A stretch of DNA of 63,782 bases, filler included, from Asterionella formosa (taxonomy: Eukaryota), in the NCBI GenBank assembly GCA_002256025.1. It is 19 parts of 19 records of this genome, joined end to end, with 100 filler letters (N's around TTAATTAATTAA, not from the genome) between each part and the next. Parts side by side here need not be neighbours in the genome. Positions count along the whole stretch, not along the records: positions 60,535 to 63,782 come from NKIB01014321.1; 18 more parts are not named here. One strand, 5' to 3'. The translations under genes and the position numbers were made by a program. Positions 60,916 to 63,782 of the stretch are shown piece by piece; the stretch's first letter is position 1; each line of letters opens with the position of its first letter. The notes under the pieces are model-generated. The model ran no database searches. It saw only the letters and a program-made list of their open reading frames with translations, and was not told the origin of the DNA.

Positions 60916-62022
60916 AAAACATGAACGACGCGCTACATATAGGTATATACCGGGGCTTTGTAATTTAACAGAATACTAGTTGCCAGCAATTTTTCCTTTT
61001 TGTATCGTAGAGTTGACTACCAGGTACCAGTAACCGACTGTGTCCATGAGACAATGTATTAGGTATTCAAAAGGCACATTTGTCTAGGTAAATGCGCCTA
61101 CCGGTTCTAGAGCATTTCGTATTTTTCATAGGTAATGCTTGGGGTAGCTAAAACACGATGGATAACCCACTATATCGTTATTGCATGTTGTTGAATGTTT
61201 AATGGATGCACGAGTACAGGTAATAGTGATGTCCCTCATGTGGTAGCTTTAAACATGGAACATGGATTTATTACCAGTAGACTATTACTGGTAGCCAAGT
61301 ATATTCTGTGTAACTGATACTCACCCTGGCACTCCGGAGTCCCAGGTTCTAGTCAAAACATGTATATCTATCGGGAGCGACATGTCGTCCAATAGATGAG
61401 GTGAACCTGCCCAGCCAAACAAATAGCGGATGTACCTAGCTACTGGTGTACACTGTGATGCAGCATGACCTAACATATCATTTCGAGTTACATGGGCGGT
61501 GTTCCGGACTGCAGTAACACATACCAGGTGCACCCTGGAACAATACATCAATAGTGTTGGCAGAGTCTGGCCTTGTTTCTTGACTGAACCAGGATGATCT
61601 TTCTACACAAAGAGCTAAGTCTATCTTGTCGTAACAAGCAATGCATCAAAAGAAGTAAATTCATGACAGCTGGGAAGAATAAACATTCAGTTGAGAGGCG
61701 GGCGGGCTGTAGTCTCAAAGGGGAGGCGAGAACCAATAGAGCATCATCACTGGAAGCCAAGACAAGTCAAAGCCCCGCCATGAAGCTGTATATTTCAAGT
61801 GATATAAAAATTCTTGAATAATCAAAGGGTTGAAATTGAAGCGAGAGCCCATCGACCTTCAATCGAATCCGACCAATCCATGAAACTGAAAACGAAGCTC
61901 TGGTTACTAGTGAACTTGATCCTAATGAATGTTGTAGGAATCAACTCCTAGTGTTACTGCTCTGTATATAGATTATTTTACTAAATTCACTAGGATGCAT
62001 GATATAATGTCAATTCATTTTA

Positions 62023-62223
62023 AATAATCGCACTTAGGCCCAAATAAATGGACACAATTAGTACCGGTTTTATTCATCCATATGGTAAAATGGGACGAGT
62101 CTTTTCGTCAGCCACACACCCCGGAACCCTAGTGACTACATGAAAAAGACAGGTGGAGAATGCAGGAATCTAACCCGCCGCCGCACAAGATATGAAAACC
62201 AGCACTAAGCCATCATTCTCCCC
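62023..62223 (-). mobile_element. tRNA-derived SINE, family B, copy 3
   Basis: TGGCTTAGTG ... ATTCCTGCATTCTCCACCTGTC ... CTAGGGTTCCGGGGTGTGTGGCTGAC ... CATATGGATGAATAAAAC.GG.ACTAATTGTGTCCATT; collinear with 5495-5734. Confidence 0.8.
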
Positions 62224-63782
62224 ACTAGGATGCTTGATAGCATTACATGGATATTCATGATTTACGTTGACATTGGTGCTTAATTGATGATTTGGTGTAA
62301 AACTATATCATTTGTTAAAGAATAATAGTTGTCTACTGGTAAATGTTCTTTCACTGGTAAAAATGCGTTGAGACTACCAGTACACATAAATCATGCGCTC
62401 AGCAAGTTGCGGTAATTTTCCTATATCTAGTTCTAGGCCATGTATGACTTTGTACCGGCAATACTGATTCGAATTCCCAATTGATACATGTGTCTCTTCT
62501 TGGCATCCGTTTAATGAACCAAACTTGTCGGCTTGGTGTTCCAATATATTTTTAGCTTCAATCTGATTTAGCCAGAAATATTGAGACCAATCTGTTTTGC
62601 TTATTCTGCCATTTGCTTCCATTGGTTATGACCGTTTTAAGGAGCAATTTTGCTCATTGTGATGTCATCACCATTTCAACATAGCTGCTGTCACACCCAC
62701 CTTCGACCTATGTAATCATACTGTAGCTAATAATATTGAATATCTGTTAATAAATGAAAGATGAAGTGAACAATCTACATTTCATACCGGTATATATTAC
62801 AAGTATGGCTGGATTCATGCACAGGGTATGTAGTACCCGAGGTAGAATGCATTTGCTCTGGAATATAATTATTTAGCTGAAAAAATGCTATTCTTTTGCA
62901 TATACTAGAATACGCTATAGAATAGCAGTAGTCATAGTTGCAAGCGGCTGGAGAATCCTTCATCATCATGTCGTCACAGCGTTGACCGTGATGAAAATAG
63001 CGAATATCTCGACGAAAAATGAGAATGACGCTATCATCCTATTTGATACATATATCAAACACTACATAGAAAATACAATCGTAAAAGGATAATCTTAATA
63101 ACACTTATATAGACAACGAAAATTGAAGTCGCTGTAAATTTTTCATGTAATTTAGAGATGCGCAATTTTGAAACAATGATGCTACGAGCAGATACAACAC
63201 TTTTACTGTAGCTACGCAACAAATAAGGCTACGACTACAGCAACCAGTAACATGAATAATCGAAGCAAAAGATGTGAAAATAAGGCTATTAACTACTGAG
63301 AATTGATTGATTACGAATAGGCAATTTGTAGATAGTCCTCGTGGAAGCCGACAAAGAATGTGACGCTTATGCTCTGGTATGATGTCGTCAAAACTACCAG
63401 TAATGCCCTATAGTAGTAGTAGTAATGTGCAGCAGCCCATTCCTATATACCGCCACATATGAAAACCGGTCTACTGTGTCAAGTACTCAGATTTCCTTCC
63501 CATTGACTGCTATAGTGTCTCCTCTTCCTCAAAATCACGACATTTTCTCATCAACAACTTCAACAAAAATTATTTCTGGAAAAATCCAAATGCATCCTGC
63601 TTTCCATTCCATGTGTAGCTAGGCTACTATCCAATCTCATTTCATCAATAAATCCATGCTCCCAAAGTATCTGCAACAGATCCTTTGGTTTATTTTCCCA
63701 TACTTTGATAACTTTTGCTTTAGTTTCTTCCATTTGTAAGTTGTGTTCTTGTGCCTTTGACTGTTTTGCTAGTTTCTTAGTA

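Overview
This is eukaryotic DNA, most likely from a diatom. The evidence is CoDi-type Copia elements, a CryptonS-like element, an Ambal-like LINE, diatom-style hypothetical proteins and short GT-AG introns. It is not one locus: it is 19 unrelated ~3.25-3.27 kb contigs, sorted by decreasing length and joined by an artificial 100-nt linker (N44-TTAATTAATTAA-N44), so neighbours across linkers have no biological meaning. Recognisable host genes, mostly truncated, are the SRP receptor alpha N-terminus, a 43-aa ARM-repeat protein, a DGAT2 C-terminus, an NSDHL/ERG26-like 3-beta-HSD, an Mpv17/PMP22 C-terminus, an RgpF-like protein and several hypotheticals. Most of the rest is transposon material: three Copia pieces, two LINE types, Crypton, piggyBac-like, Tc1-like and Harbinger-like remnants, MITEs and tandem repeats. 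Four signals stand out. (1) A window-wide excess of TA-CC(W)GG-TA type palindromes. Filled versus empty paralogous sites show these are 7-bp insertions at TA, and local elements have TA|CC(A/T) termini, so they look like massive, chained transposon excision footprints. (2) Two tRNA-derived SINE-like families, one with a clean target-site duplication and one with a conserved hairpin-rich body. (3) A GC-rich LINE whose 3' side leads into rearranged self-copies and TTAGGG repeats. (4) A strong CpG-decay signature in the old elements. Family assignments come from motif recognition only; no searches were run.
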